64,000 nucleotides of DNA from Vicugna vicugna (lineage: Eukaryota): positions 657,038 to 721,037 of the forward strand of contig MU058233.1 of assembly GCA_013265495.1 (NCBI GenBank), given 5' to 3'. Below the pieces are notes generated by a model, which did no database searches, was not told the origin of the DNA, and saw nothing but the letters and a program-made list of their open reading frames with translations. The translations under genes were made by a program, and so were the position numbers. The first letter of the stretch is position 1. The number at the start of each line of letters is the position of its first letter. Positions 37,198 to 49,474 of this stretch are shown in pieces.

Positions 37198-37825
37198 CTA
37201 GCACGAAGAACAAGGAAGAGTGAAGTCACAGTCTTCCCATTCCCTTCCTGCTCTACGATGCGGTCAGTTGAACGCTACATGTCCTGGTGACACTCCTAAT
37301 GACAGACAATCATGTACAGCTCACCCTGGGCGGGGACTGTTCTGGGAACTCTGCGATGCGCTGTCCTCACTCATCCTCACTGCTCCCCCAGGCCCCCACC
37401 GAGGGAAGCTGGGTTGGCGCATTTCACAGATTGTGAAGGGAGGGAAAGTCCCACGGGGACCCATGAGCCTGCAGGGCCCAGCACGTATGCCTGCCCTGAG
37501 CAACACGTGGCTTGCCCAGAGGGCGCCTACGGTGAGCCTCGGTGCTCGGTGGTGGGCACAGCCTGCAGGGCTCTCTGTTCTCGGAGGAGGCCCAGCCAGG
37601 CAGGGCGGGGGCGCATGGCATCATGGCCTGCGTTTCAGAGTTAAGCTGCGGGCGTCCTGACGCCAGAATTGGATCTATGGCTCCTTAGATTTGCCTCCAG
37701 AGCCCTGGCAACTTGCTGAGACACTGGCAGCCTTGATGTGCTGAGTGTTCGAACTGGAGGTGGCAGGGAAGCCCCTTAGGAAGCTCTCCGGTGGCGCTGC
37801 CTGGCCCCTGCCCGCTCACACTCAC

Positions 37826-37965
37826 TGGAGCCCGTCGGCCTCTGCCTGCAGCCTCCGCACCGCCTGCTCCTTGGCCTGCAGCTCCTTCTTCACCTCGCTC
37901 AGCTCTAAGGTGGCGGCCCTGAAGTGGCGGCGGTTATGGCCCGCTTCCGCCTTGGCAGCAGCAAC
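37826..37965 (-). CDS. GOLGA3: GOLGA3 exon 19
   Basis: AG/GT bounded, 140 nt; VAAAKAEAGHNRRHFRAATLELSEVKKELQAKEQAVRRLQAEADGLQ. Confidence 0.94.
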
Positions 37966-39131
37966 CTGCGCGGGTAGAGAGCGGCAGCAGCAAGTTCAGA
38001 GGCGGAGCCAGGCTGTGCGTGCCTGGGGTGCGAGGAGTGGCCACCCCGCCACCCGCATCCCTGCCGGCCTTGCAGGCTCCCCTTCCAAAGCTTGCAAGTC
38101 CCCGTCAGGGACTAAAGCACCAAACATATGCCGGACCCGCAAGCTCGCGCAGCACAGTGCAGGCAACTGCGACTGAACAGAAGGGTCCAGTGTTCTTGGT
38201 CTTCCTCGAGCACATCTGCACATTTCTTGTTTATTCACAATTCACGTATTTGGGAGAAATCTACCTTTCCATCAGACCATCTCACTGCAATTAAGCTGAT
38301 TATTGTCTGTTTACGATATAACTGGCTTTTTCATAGTTAACAGTTTAACTCCAGGTTTTTGAAAAGACAAGCAAATTCTCCAAATATATCAGTGTTTTCC
38401 ATTTTCCTTTCCAATAATTTAGTCTTCTCATCTAATTGCACTAGCAAGCACTTCATTTAAAAGAAGTTTCATAAAAATAGTTACAGTATATGACAGATGA
38501 ATGTAAAAAGAACTCTCAAATGTAAGTGGGAAAAATCCTCCCACGGAAGGTATGAGCAGTGGTTGTACTACTCAGAGGTTCAAGATGGTCTGTCCTTCAG
38601 TCTCCATATACTCCATACACTTCAAAGCTGTTTACTAGCACGTGCTACTCCTACAATTGGGACAATTAGCCCAAATGCACTTAGAAAAACGAATACACAT
38701 TATGCACAATTACCGCCCTTAAAAAAAGAAATCGCAGTCAAATACACTTCATGCCCCCAGCACTCTGAGTTACACATCGCCTAGCTAGAAGTTGTAACTT
38801 CTTTAAGCTGCGACTAAACCTAAGAAGTGACACTTGAGCATCTCCCACACCAGAGGCAGGATGCGGGGAGAGAGGTAGGGAGAGCTGCCGGCCCAGCTCA
38901 GAGCCATCAGAGGGGAGCAACGCCACCCAGGGACTGAGCGTCAGCTGCAGGTGCGGCAAATGCGGGTCAAAAATCACTCAATAATGGTGTATGTTCAAAC
39001 ATCCTCAACGTATCTTAAAACTAGTTCTATTTCAGAAGACTGTTTCACTGTGTCACCCAGGAAATGAAGAACTGTTTTCTTCTATCTCTACTACATAATT
39101 ATGGAAAATTTTGAAAGAACGTGCCAACACA

Positions 39132-39302
39132 GGGGGGAGGGTATAGCTCAGTGGTAGAGTGTGTGCTTAGTGTGCATGAGGTTCCAAGTTCAATCCCCAA
39201 ATCCCCAGTACCTCCTCCAAGAATACATAAATAAATAAACCTAATTCCCTCCCACCCAAAAAAAGAATTTAAAAAATAAAAAAAATTTTAAATAAGAAAA
39301 TA
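39132..39302 (+). mobile_element. tRNA-Ala-derived SINE (Vic-1-like)
   Basis: gggggagggtatagctcagtggtagag head, A-rich tail, aaaga..gtgccaa flanks. Confidence 0.9.
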
Positions 39303-40018
39303 AAAGAGTGTGCCAAAAAAACCCAGGTCAAAACAAACACCTGTGTGAACATGTGCACGACCAGCGTGCCCCGGGCATCTGTTCCGTGCAGGCACTGGGG
39401 TGTGGGGGCGAGGGAGCCGCGGCCCTCGTCCCAGGAAGCTGACATTCTAATGAGGAAAGGGCTCTATGGAACTACAGGCGCAGAGACGGAGAACACGGGG
39501 CCCGCTGGCCCGCAGGGTTGCTGGGGCAGGCCTCGCTGCCGGAGGAGCCGCCTGGTGTGCTGGTGGCCACCTGAGTGTGGCCAGGAACAGCCCGGAACAC
39601 TGCTCCAAACACAGAAAACGGCCCAGGGTCTCCAGACTGCTTCTCCTGGTTGCTTTTTTTAACACAAATGGGGTCACCGTCCTGCTCTGCAGCCTGGTGT
39701 TCCAACTCCCTCCCTAACGCGCACAGGGAGTCTCCCCTAGCGGGTATAGAGCCGTGTGCAGGCCTTACTCCCGCCTGCCGGCGCCTCGGTTTAAGCTAAG
39801 CCCCTCTTCCACTGACGAGCCTGGGGGCTCTCTAGCCTCTCACTGTCACCAGCACCACGATGACACCTCTGTCCTTGGACACGGCAGAAAAGGCGTTCAC
39901 GCGGTAGGTTCCTGGACGGGAACCTACGTGTCGAGGGTACCAATACTTCAGACATTGGAAAATCACAGCCCTGAAGGCTCTATGAGCTGTAACTTGGACC
40001 CGGGCGGGAGCCACGCAC

Positions 40019-40135
40019 CTGCTCCTCCAGGCTATGCGCTGTCGACCTCTCCTTCTGCAGCGCGGCCTGCAGGGCCTGGACCAGCTGCTGCACCCGGCGG
40101 TCCTCCTCTTCCTTGCGCTGCAAAACCGCCTGCAC
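40019..40135 (-). CDS. GOLGA3: GOLGA3 exon 18
   Basis: AG/GT bounded, 117 nt; VQAVLQRKEEEDRRVQQLVQALQAALQKERSTAHSLEEQ. Confidence 0.94.
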
Positions 40136-40604
40136 CTACGGCACAGGCCACGAGTGGGAGGAGGACAGATGGACGGGCGGACGGCAAGTTCCCAAAGCCT
40201 AAGAGCCCTGGGGGAAGGCATGGGCCATGCTGATCGGGGCCACGAGCACGTGGGGGGACCTGGCGTTGTGGCGGCACATGACATCACGTGTTGCCAGCAA
40301 GGGTACAGCCAGGGCAGGTGCGAGAACTGATTCCATCTCTGGAGACCATCATGTCAAAAACTGCGGTCTCAGCTCATAGGGACCCAAAAGATGCATGTAA
40401 GTCAGGGGTTACAAACGCAAACCCCTTCACAGCAAGGCCAGGACCAGGGGCTTGAGACCTCCCCTGATTCCCTGAGCCTCTGTTCCTGCACTTTGGCCCT
40501 GCAGGTGGTGATGATGATTCAACACCAACCAGGTGGTTGACACACTCCGAGCGCTGCCTGGCCTGCAAAGTCTCCTTCTGCTTCTAGAAAAAGAGTTTCA
40601 ATAC

Positions 40605-40802
40605 CTGAAGATTCAGCTGAACTAGGTCTGCTTCCCTCTTGGCCAGAGCTGTTTCCAAGATGCTGTTGTGCTCCCGCAAAGCTGCATTGGACTGTCCCAG
40701 GCCCGTCAGCTTCCCTCTCTCATGTTCTAACTCAAGAGCCAACTTCTTATTCGACTCCTCAAGGCGCTTTATCTTCCTCCTAAAGCCTCTGGACTCCTGG
40801 AG
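40605..40802 (-). CDS. GOLGA3: GOLGA3 exon 17
   Basis: AG/GT bounded, 198 nt; LQESRGFRRKIKRLEESNKKLALELEHERGKLTGLGQSNAALREHN...LNLQ. Confidence 0.95.
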
Positions 40803-41532
40803 CTGAAACAAATCAAAGTCACCGTGAAGCCAGGTGGTTACACATCCCGGTTCCCGGAGCTACAGCACACCAGAAACCAAACAGCTAGAGCCAAAGCGCA
40901 GCAGCCAGCAGCCAGGGAATGCACCGGATGCAGTGGACCCTCGCTTCACAGCTGGGAAAGCGGCCGCAGCTGCGGCCGCAGTCTATTCCCTTCCCAGACC
41001 CCCAGCCAATAGCCCAGCTTTCCCGAGGACCACATACTTCTGGAGAAGCACACCCCAGGTCGGAGCCCAGGTGGGCCCAGAACCGCATGTGACTCAGATG
41101 GCACACAGCCCCACAGCTCCCAATGGCCACCTGGGACCCCAGGGAGAGCCCGTGGCAACAGCGCCACGCTGCTCTGTGGGCACCACCTGCCACCACAACT
41201 GTCTCTGGGCCCGAGGGTTACGTGGAGTTCTTTTAAAGGCTGAAGCTAGTTTGAGCTCGGTTTCTTCCCTGCCACCAGGGCTTCTACCTGGGAGCAGCAG
41301 GGGAGCCACCAGGAATGTGGCCGACGGCCTTACTGAAGGGTGGGGGGCACACAGCGGGCCTGGCTGGAGAGCTGATGGCACCACACGGGTGGGGAGTCTG
41401 GCAGCACGGCAGTCAGAGGCCCAGAGCAGCGGCCAGGCGGCGAGGCTGAGCACACAGGCTGGGCTATGACTCGGGGCCCCCTCCCTGCCTCTGAGCTGCG
41501 CTCGGGGCCACACAATGGCAGGACCTACCTAC

Positions 41533-41676
41533 CTCGTCCTCCAGCTCCAGCACCTTCTCCCGGTGCTCCTCCAGCTCCTGGCCGGTCATCGCGATGACCT
41601 CTTGGAGCTCCCGCTCCAGCATTGTCTTGCTGTGGGCGACGGTCTGCAGCTCCGCCTCCAGGGCCTGGATCCTCTC
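41533..41676 (-). CDS. GOLGA3: GOLGA3 exon 16
   Basis: AG/GT bounded, 144 nt; ERIQALEAELQTVAHSKTMLERELQEVIAMTGQELEEHREKVLELEDE. Confidence 0.95.
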
Positions 41677-41888
41677 CTGACGGATGGGAAGGTGAGCCTG
41701 GTCACAGGTCTCCCCATGGCCTCCCCCAGCATGTGACCCCACATCACAGAGGCAGAATGAGGCCGCTGACCACGCTCGACAGGCGAGATGCTCTCTGCCA
41801 GACTCTCCTCTTGGTTAGTTAACTACGCACAGCAGGCACGCAGGAGTGACTCACAAAGGTACTTTTTCAGTTAAACACTTTGAAAACA

Positions 41889-42040
41889 GGTGGGAGGGTT
41901 TAACTCAAGTGGTAGAGGGCATGCTTAGCAGGCACGAGGTCCTGGGTTCAATACCAGTACCTCCTCTAAAAATAAGTAAACCTAATTACCTCCCTCATCC
42001 CCCACCAGAATAAAATAATTAAATAATACAATAAAAAACG
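41889..42040 (+). mobile_element. tRNA-Ala-derived SINE (Vic-1-like)
   Basis: Head with ggttcaatacc B-box and acctaattacctcc tail. Confidence 0.88.
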
Positions 42041-43497
42041 AAGAAAGAAATCCACTATTCTACAAATTTGAATCGCAGAAATTCTAAAAATTACTAAAAA
42101 AAAAAAGCTTTGACAATACAGAATGACTACTCTGTGGCAGGTAAGCTGCAGTATAACCAGGACCATGCTCGTGTGCACGCACAAGTGCACACAGACACGC
42201 ACACGCTGGCTGCTGTTACGGTGCGGGTGCTGGTCTGAGCACTTCACACGTCTCCTCCACTCACTCAGAAAGCTGGTCCCACCTCATAAGGAGAAAGGAA
42301 ACTGCAGTTGAGTAAGCTGTCCCCCTCCCAATGTTTTCAAAAGTAAGCAGGCGAGAGGGAACACTGAATTGATCTATTTCCGCAAGAGAACACCACGCTA
42401 TGATACAGCCTCCTCACTTAAATTGAGAGGAGAGAGAAATAGAGAGAAAACACAATTACCAAGCGTAAGCGTGTTATTCACATCGCTGAGTAACAAGTGA
42501 ACTGCAAATGACCTTCAGCAGAAGTTCACACCCATGAGCAAAAGGGAAAGGCAGTGGTCAGATCCAGGACACTCTGACGGCGACAGTGCGAAATCCAAGA
42601 GCTCACGTCTCACAAACACCCCCCAGCACACACACAAGCCAGGAGGACCTGCCGCGCTGCCCCGTCCTCCATCCTAAGACAGACCCCAAGGCCGGAGGCT
42701 CCTGCCCCTGAGGTGACAGCAGGAAGAGCAGTTCCAGCACCCCCGCCCCTCACCGTGTGGGGCCCTGGTCCTTCTGAACCCTAGGGCTTCACAGCCACCC
42801 CCACCAAAGCCGCCCTCTCTGGCCCCAGGCCCACCCCTGCTCCTGCATGCCGGCTCCCCGGCACTGTCCTCCGCAATGCCACCTCCTGTTTGCTCCCCCG
42901 CCACCTCCACTCAGTCTCCGTCTTTTCAGCTGCTGGCACAGCCTCTCCCGGCCTCGCCCTTCCTCCTCACTGCTCCTCGGGGTCCTCCGGACAGGACAGT
43001 GACTGGTCTCAGCCAGCTCTCTGTCACATGGAAGTTCCAGTCCAAGTCCCTGACCCAGCGTACTCACTCACCCTCCAGCAGGACCCTCCCTGCCCACCTG
43101 CCCTCCCCAGAACCAGCGCAGGGCATACTTGGTACAGGAGCACCCCTTGGCTGGGAGGCCCCTCTCATTCAACACCAGTTTGGAGGTCACCTTTTCAAAA
43201 AGCTTTCCTGGATTTTCCAAACACTCACCCCAAACCTTCTCACGCCCCTTGTCCGCTCACAGAAGCTCCTCCCCAGACACCGGGGTGGAGGGGCCTGGCC
43301 CAAGCAGGGGAGCCGAGGGGGAGAGAGGGTCCCCACGTCACCGGAATCCCTGTCCATCCGTAACCGTGCGGTGTTTTAAAGAAACACTAGCCCACCCCTC
43401 CTTTCCAGGCCCTCTTGGGGCCCAGAGGGGAGACGCCCGTAAGCGCCAGGCCCCTGCGTGAGCCTCTGCGACCGGCCGCAGCAGACAGGCTACCCAC

Positions 43498-43714
43498 GTG
43501 CAGAGCCAGGTCGCTGCCGCCGTCAGCCGCCCGGGCTCTCAGCTGGCGCAGCTCGGCCTCAGCGGCCTCCCTGGCCACCAGGGCCTCCTGCAGGCGGCGG
43601 CTGAGGATGCCCACGGCGTTCTCGTAGGCCTTATGCTTGGTCTTCATCTCCTTCTGCGCACTGCTCAGGTCTGAGCCCAGCCGCTTCATCCTCTGCTTCT
43701 GCTCGGTGATGGCC
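43498..43714 (-). CDS. GOLGA3: GOLGA3 exon 15
   Basis: AG/GT bounded, 217 nt; AITEQKQRMKRLGSDLSSAQKEMKTKHKAYENAVGILSRRLQEAL...DLALH. Confidence 0.95.
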
Positions 43715-44320
43715 CTGGGGCGGGCAGACAGAGAAGGAAGTCCTAACTCGCTCCGGCCCTCCCGCGCCGCGCCAAGCAAAGGCGACGTGTGTCTGGCCAG
43801 TTCTGCCCTTCTCGGCCTCCAGCTCCCTCCCTGGGGCCCCCCGCTACCACACTGCCCAGGATGGGGTGGGGGGCGGCCCCCGCAGAGCCCGGCCCTGCGC
43901 TTACACCCGCCCTGCTCCCTCCTGGGGCTGCTTCCCATGTTCTTCCAGAACAGCAGCCAGAGACTCAACTGTCAGGTGCACAGTAAATCAGAACAGAGCC
44001 CAGAGGCTCCCCCGATGCGCGTGTGCCCGGGAGGGTGGACACAAGCGCCAACCCTGGTCTCGGAGCCGGGGTGGGGAGGGCGCCGTTGCCACCAGCGCTG
44101 ATGCGAAAAGTCACACAAAAACAAAAACGAACGGGGACCGCCTGTTAAAGCAGGTGTGGAACCGCCCAGTGACGACAGAATCGCTTTGCTAGCTCATCTT
44201 TGGCGCTGACATCCCAGGCCAGGGCAAGTGTGAGCAGACCTGGCGAGGGCTGGACAGACAGCGCTCAGGGCCTGGCCTGGCCCCCACCCGCCACCCACTC
44301 CTCCCTCCCACGCCCCGTAC

Positions 44321-44415
44321 TTCGTGGCTTCTTGCTGCAGCTCCTCTATCTGTTTCTTGAGCATCTCGTTGGCCTCCGTAAGAGCAACCATCTGCTCTTT
44401 ATCCAGCTGCAATGA
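44321..44415 (-). CDS. GOLGA3: GOLGA3 exon 14
   Basis: caaag|TCA ... AA|gtac, 95 nt; SLQLDKEQMVALTEANEMLKKQIEELQQEATK. Confidence 0.93.
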
Positions 44416-45367
44416 CTTTGAATAAAGGGAGAGAAAGACAAAGTGAGGAGTGCAAAGCCCTCCGGGAAGCCCAGAGGCCGGGGCTGGCTTCCCCTCTGAG
44501 GGTGCTGACAGAGGACCTTGTCAGAGTGACCACCTTACAGGGGTCAAGAGTGCCCTGAGCTGCCTGTGCCAAGACTGCTGCTGGGAACAGGTGGGAAGGA
44601 CTGGCTAACAGGAAAGGCCCACTGGACCCCCGACAGAGCCCCCCCCGGCCCCTTCCCTGCTTCTCCCAGCCCTCTCCAGAGCAGCCATGGGCCCTCCTCC
44701 TGGCCTCACTTGCTGCCTTTTTCCTTCTGTGCAGTGAGAACCGTCCCAGGACGAGTTTGCCCCTGAAAGCCCTGAGCACCTCAAGGAATGCACGTGTCCT
44801 CATAGCTGTGGGTGTCACACCACGCTCCCCCAGGGCCCTCTTCTCCCCTGCACCCTCCTGGCTCTCAGCTGCAGTCTCCAGCCAGTCTGCCTACCTGAAC
44901 CCTGCCTGGCCCGCTCTGTGGCCTTCTGAAATGTTACATGTAAGACAGAGCCCTCCATCTGCTCCCTGTCCACCGCCCTCCCCAGGTCGGCGGTCTCCCG
45001 GTTTCTCATCTCAGGACACACTCCTCAGCCTCGACAGGAACCTGCACTAAGGGTCTTGTCTCAGACCCTGGGGCCGACCCTGCCCCACGATCTCTTATGG
45101 GCTCCCACCCCGACGCTCACCTCCCCTCGACCCTGGGGACCCTCAGGTGCACACATCAAAGCCGGTGACCGGCTCCCAGAGCACATACAGCCCAGAGCCC
45201 AGCACCACATTGTCCTTGCGCTCCGGGTCCCCCGCCTGCCCCACCAGATGGGAGCTCCGGCAGGGCCTCACTCCAGGCTGCTGGGCTACAGACCTCCCCA
45301 TGTGTGCCCGCCCCCAGCACGGCCCCAGGCACATCGGCAGGACCTTCTCAGTCAAGTGCTCCCGGAC

Positions 45368-45631
45368 CTGCAAGCGTGTCTCCGCCTCATCGCGCTCCCT
45401 CTGCGCAGACTGGAGATGCCCTTCAAGGTCCACCACCTGCTGCCGGGCCTGGGACACTTCCCTCTGCAGGCGCGTGTGCTCCACCTCCACCGACCTCTTC
45501 TCCCCCTGAAGTTGGATGAACTCCTGCCTCAGCTCTCTCATCTCCGAGTCCAGCCTCTTCTTTGTGGCCTTCAGCTCACTGATGAGCTGGTCTTTGGAGG
45601 TGGCGTCCCGGCGGTAGGCCTCCACCATCAC
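45368..45631 (-). CDS. GOLGA3: GOLGA3 exon 13
   Basis: AG/GT bounded, 264 nt; VMVEAYRRDATSKDQLISELKATKKRLDSEMRELRQE...ETRLQ. Confidence 0.95.
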
Positions 45632-46435
45632 CTGCCGAATAAGACAGTAGCTGTAGCCAGCGCGGGGCGGGGCCTTCCGAGGGTTCTGGGGCCTTAAAGA
45701 AAAATGCTCGCTGTGAGTCTAGGCAGAACTTTTGTGGGGCTAAGGATAACACATTTCACCAAATCCAAGACACCACCACAGAGACTTGCCGTGGCTTTAT
45801 GTACTGGAGCAGGTCTGGGTGACGCCTGGAGCGGCCACAGAGCTGCTGGGACCTTAACTGCCTCACCTGCCCCCTCCAGTGCCCCCCGGGCTTCTGACGG
45901 GGACCCCCGCTCACGTCCCAGAGATGAAACCCACCAGCACCTGGTGCGCCCTCGGTCATCCTCCCTGAGCCCCTTGGTGATGCTCTGCACCCCTCCTCCC
46001 ACAGCAGAGTGGGCCTGACTAACGTGGAGGGCCTCGTCTCAATGCTGGACCGAGGTGTCACTTTTTCAGATATGACAGACAGGACACTGGACCGGTGTGG
46101 TTGTGACACACGCTCACCCTGACGTGACAGCAGGGCATGGTCCACATAATGCCAACCCCGCTGTGAGAAGGCATCCAACCTCAGAGACACACGAATGGGA
46201 GAGTGAGGGGTATCTTAGAATCAAAAAAGGGCCTTCCAAGAACTGGAGTCTGGCTGTTACCTACCCCCTGAATGACTTCCTTCCAGTGAAGTGATTAACC
46301 GCACAGGATTTTCTTTTTTTTTTCCTTTTTTTAAAAATTTTAATTTCATGAAGCAGAGCTTAAAACTTTGCCAAACATACAGGACTGTCTTCACGCGCCT
46401 GTTTCGCGGGAAGGAAACCAACCCCACGTTTTTAC

Positions 46436-46513
46436 CTTTTGTTGAAGAAACTGTTCCTTTATCTTCTGCGTCTGCTTTTTCAGAGCGGCAGCTTCTTGTT
46501 GCAGATGCTCCAC
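46436..46513 (-). CDS. GOLGA3: GOLGA3 exon 12
   Basis: AG/GT bounded, 78 nt; VEHLQQEAAALKKQTQKIKEQFLQQK (read manually). Confidence 0.93.
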
Positions 46514-46784
46514 CTGCGAGGGACATGCATGCAGACGTCACCCTGACGGCTCCACCTGTGCGCGCCACTGACCTGCCTCGGTGTGTCTCTCCTAGAAGCT
46601 GTCCTAGCACCTGTCAATGTGCCCAGACAAATCACAGCCTGCTTCCCAGGAGGAACACACGTTACTGGTCTCCTCCTGTCCTCGACACTCACGAGGGGGA
46701 TTTGAAGACACAGTCGCTCCCGACACCCACTCCTCTTCCTCCACACCCTGAGCTTTCTTGTTTTGTCTGCGTTTTTTTCCTTAA

Positions 46785-46913
46785 CTTTTAAATTTTGTTT
46801 TGTTGGGGAGGCAATTAGGTTTTTACTTATTTTTTTAACGGAGGTGCTGGGGATTGAACCCAGGACCTTGGGCATGTCAGGATGCACGCTCTAGCCCAGA
46901 GCTTCACCCACCC
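46785..46913 (-). mobile_element. tRNA-Ala-derived SINE (Vic-1-like)
   Basis: ggggaggcaattaggttt...ggggattgaacccaggacc is the reverse complement of the family. Confidence 0.85.
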
Positions 46914-47432
46914 ACTCTGCATTTCTTAACGTTCGCCTACATCGTCAGGAATGATGGCATGACAGTTTCCCAGTGTTGCCTGCTGGGTCCTGTCCACATG
47001 CACCCGGGCCTGCAGAGGCCGTCTCCCTGCCCTCGCCCACTGACACACCACGATCGGCCTGCCCACGCGTCCGGGGGCCACACAGCCGTCAGGCACCCGG
47101 GGAGGAAAGAACAGAAGTTCCACATGGCTTTCCCCTGCCCGACTCCACATCACAGGTGGACAGAAACCGGTGTTTTTTAGATTACTTCCAAAGCCCCGAA
47201 CGTAACTCTGTTTCCTGGTTCTCCGCCATCTACACACCCAGCGGCTCACGCAGGCCCAGAGGCCTGCCACCAGCTGAGCTGCCGTGAGTTCCTTCCCCAG
47301 TCGAGCCCTGGGCCCTGCCCTGGATGTGTTCTTCCCCATTTACAAAACAATGAGTTCAAAAAAAGACCAATCAGCATTAATTCCTGTGTGCGTGATTTCG
47401 ATTCAGAGCAAGCTGATGGCGAAGCGCGTTAC

Positions 47433-47801
47433 CTGGCCGGACTTGATGGCTAACTCTCGTCTCAGCTGCTCTAAAGTTTCTGACGTCTCCTGGGTACCTT
47501 CTTCCAGGCGTTTTGCTCCTCTAGCAAACTCCTCCCTGCTGCTCTTGGCTGCTTGCAGAGCCACCTCCAAGACGATCTTCTCGTTCTGCAGGAAATGGAT
47601 CGCGTCGTCCTTGGAGGCGGCCTCCCCCTGCAGCTCCTCCAGCCTGGCCTGCAGTTCGTCATACTGCATCTGCAGGCCACCCAGGGACTGCTCCCGGGTC
47701 TGCAAAGCCTCCTGGGTCGCGGTGAACTGCTTCAACAGGTCCAAATGCTCCTGCTGCAAAGCCTCAAGCTGCTGGTCTCGCTGAAGCAAAGTCACCTTCA
47801 C
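47433..47801 (-). CDS. GOLGA3: GOLGA3 exon 11
   Basis: AG/GT bounded, 369 nt; VKVTLLQRDQQLEALQQEHLDLLKQ...RELAIKSGQ, coiled coil. Confidence 0.95.
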
Positions 47802-48051
47802 CTGGAAGAAAAAGGACCTGGAGTCAACGTGGTTGTGCTGTAAAGAAAACACCACGTTTCCACGTTCAGGTTGGAAATAATCTGGATGGACGCCATGGAG
47901 GCAGCCCTCTACGGAAAGCTGGGGGGTGGACGAATGCTAGCAGAAGTGAGCAGCGGCAGGTCTGAGGATGTGACATTAAGACCAGACCAACGGGCAGGCT
48001 GGCCCAGGCGAGCAGAGCGGGGAGTCGGCGCAGGGCCATGCGGGTCCCTGC

Positions 48052-48213
48052 CTGCTCTAAGTGCTGCTCCAGCGTTGCTGCTGAGGCCACCATCTTCTGC
48101 AGCTGCTCCTTCTCGTCTTCAAACTCCTCCAGCTTCCTCTGCAGGTCCTCCTCCACCATCGTCTTTGCCTCCTGAATCTGCACAAAGGCAGCCTCCTGGT
48201 CCAACATGTCAGC
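48052..48213 (-). CDS. GOLGA3: GOLGA3 exon 10 (followed by a GC donor)
   Basis: cccag|GCT GAC ATG, 162 nt; ADMLDQEAAFVQIQEAKTMVEEDLQRKLEEFE...LEQHLEQ then CAG|gcaggg. Confidence 0.88.
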
Positions 48214-48807
48214 CTGGGCCCGGAAGACAGAGGGGTTTTTTAAAAAATGGGATAACCTGATGGCTATGGCAGATGCAGCGGGTAAACCCAGTCCCCCCCA
48301 GTGACAGCCCTCGTCCAAATCACTGTCCTGTCTGCCACCCACAGACAGAGGGTCCTCAAACAGAACCTCCGTGGCTGCCTCTTAGGTGAGGACAGGTCGC
48401 AGCCCCGCTGGGGTGTGGGACACGGCACATTCTCTTTCACAAGATTACTTCTCGATGCCTCTTGGTGAAATGGGAACCCAGGGGCCTTGGGACCTGACTA
48501 GGTAGATAAGACCCAATCTAGGTGTTTTCTTAAGGAAAAAACATCAGTTTAGAACTTAAAATCATTCCAGTTCTTTGACACTGAGCCCTTGAAGTGTATG
48601 TTTGACTCAAGGATTCTCTCTGATCATCCATGTCATCTGCACGGACAAAGGGGAGGGGCGGAGAAGTGAGGAGGTGGGCGACCACAGCAGTCACAGGACG
48701 CCAACCTTCCATGTGACTGGGAAAGGCCAGTGACGTTCTCAGCACATAACTGCCTCACTACTCAGAAAATAATTCACGGAGGCAGCTGGACATGGTCCTG
48801 ACCCGTC

Positions 48808-48933
48808 CCCTGGCTGTCGGAGGGCAGAATGGTGGTGCAGGCTGGGCGCTGGGACCAGGCAGGCCCTGAGCCCTCGCTGTCAGAGGGCAGAATGGTGGTG
48901 CAGGCTGGGCGCTGGGACCAGGCAGGCTCTGAG
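48808..48933. repeat. Tandem duplication, 2 x 63 bp
   Basis: 48808-48870 and 48871-48933 differ at 3 positions. Confidence 0.9.
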
Positions 48934-49258
48934 GTGGTCTCAGACATATGATGTACTAAACTCCTCCCTCCTCACCCACTTGCTGCCCAGGCACACAGTG
49001 GCCCACAGATGAGTCCCAAACTACCCTGACAACTCAGACATGAGGGATGGGATGAGTGTACAGCAAATGTGAGGAACAGAATCCCCATGCCTGACATCAC
49101 TGCAGGTGGCTCAGGAGAGTATTCTGAGACACATATACGTGTGCGTACAGTATTCACGTTGCTGCGTATGTGGACGTGTTGGTATGGTTTCTTAACCTGG
49201 CTCACTGTCACCAAAAAGAAGCCCAAACCCCAAACAACGCGGCCATGCAGCCACCCCA

Positions 49259-49351
49259 GGAGCAGCACCCACCTCGATGCCCTGGAGCCGGGGCCCAAAA
49301 CCCCACACAGTGCGGCCGCCCCGGAGCAGCACCCACCTCGATGCCCTGGAG
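49259..49351. repeat. Direct repeat of 29 identical bp, 64 bp apart, spanning the GOLGA3 exon 9 donor
   Basis: ggagcagcacccacctcgatgccctggag at 49259-49287 and 49323-49351. Confidence 0.92.
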
Positions 49352-49474
49352 TTGGGCGGCGATTCGCTCCTTCTCCTTGATGGACTTCTGCTGGGTCTCC
49401 GTCAGCTGGTGGGACAGGGACACGTTCTCCAGTTTCAGGTGCTCCAGGAGGCCCGCCTGGGTCATCTGTCCAAC
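49337..49474 (-). CDS. GOLGA3: GOLGA3 exon 9
   Basis: AG/GT bounded, 138 nt; VGQMTQAGLLEHLKLENVSLSHQLTETQQKSIKEKERIAAQLQGIE. Confidence 0.94.
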
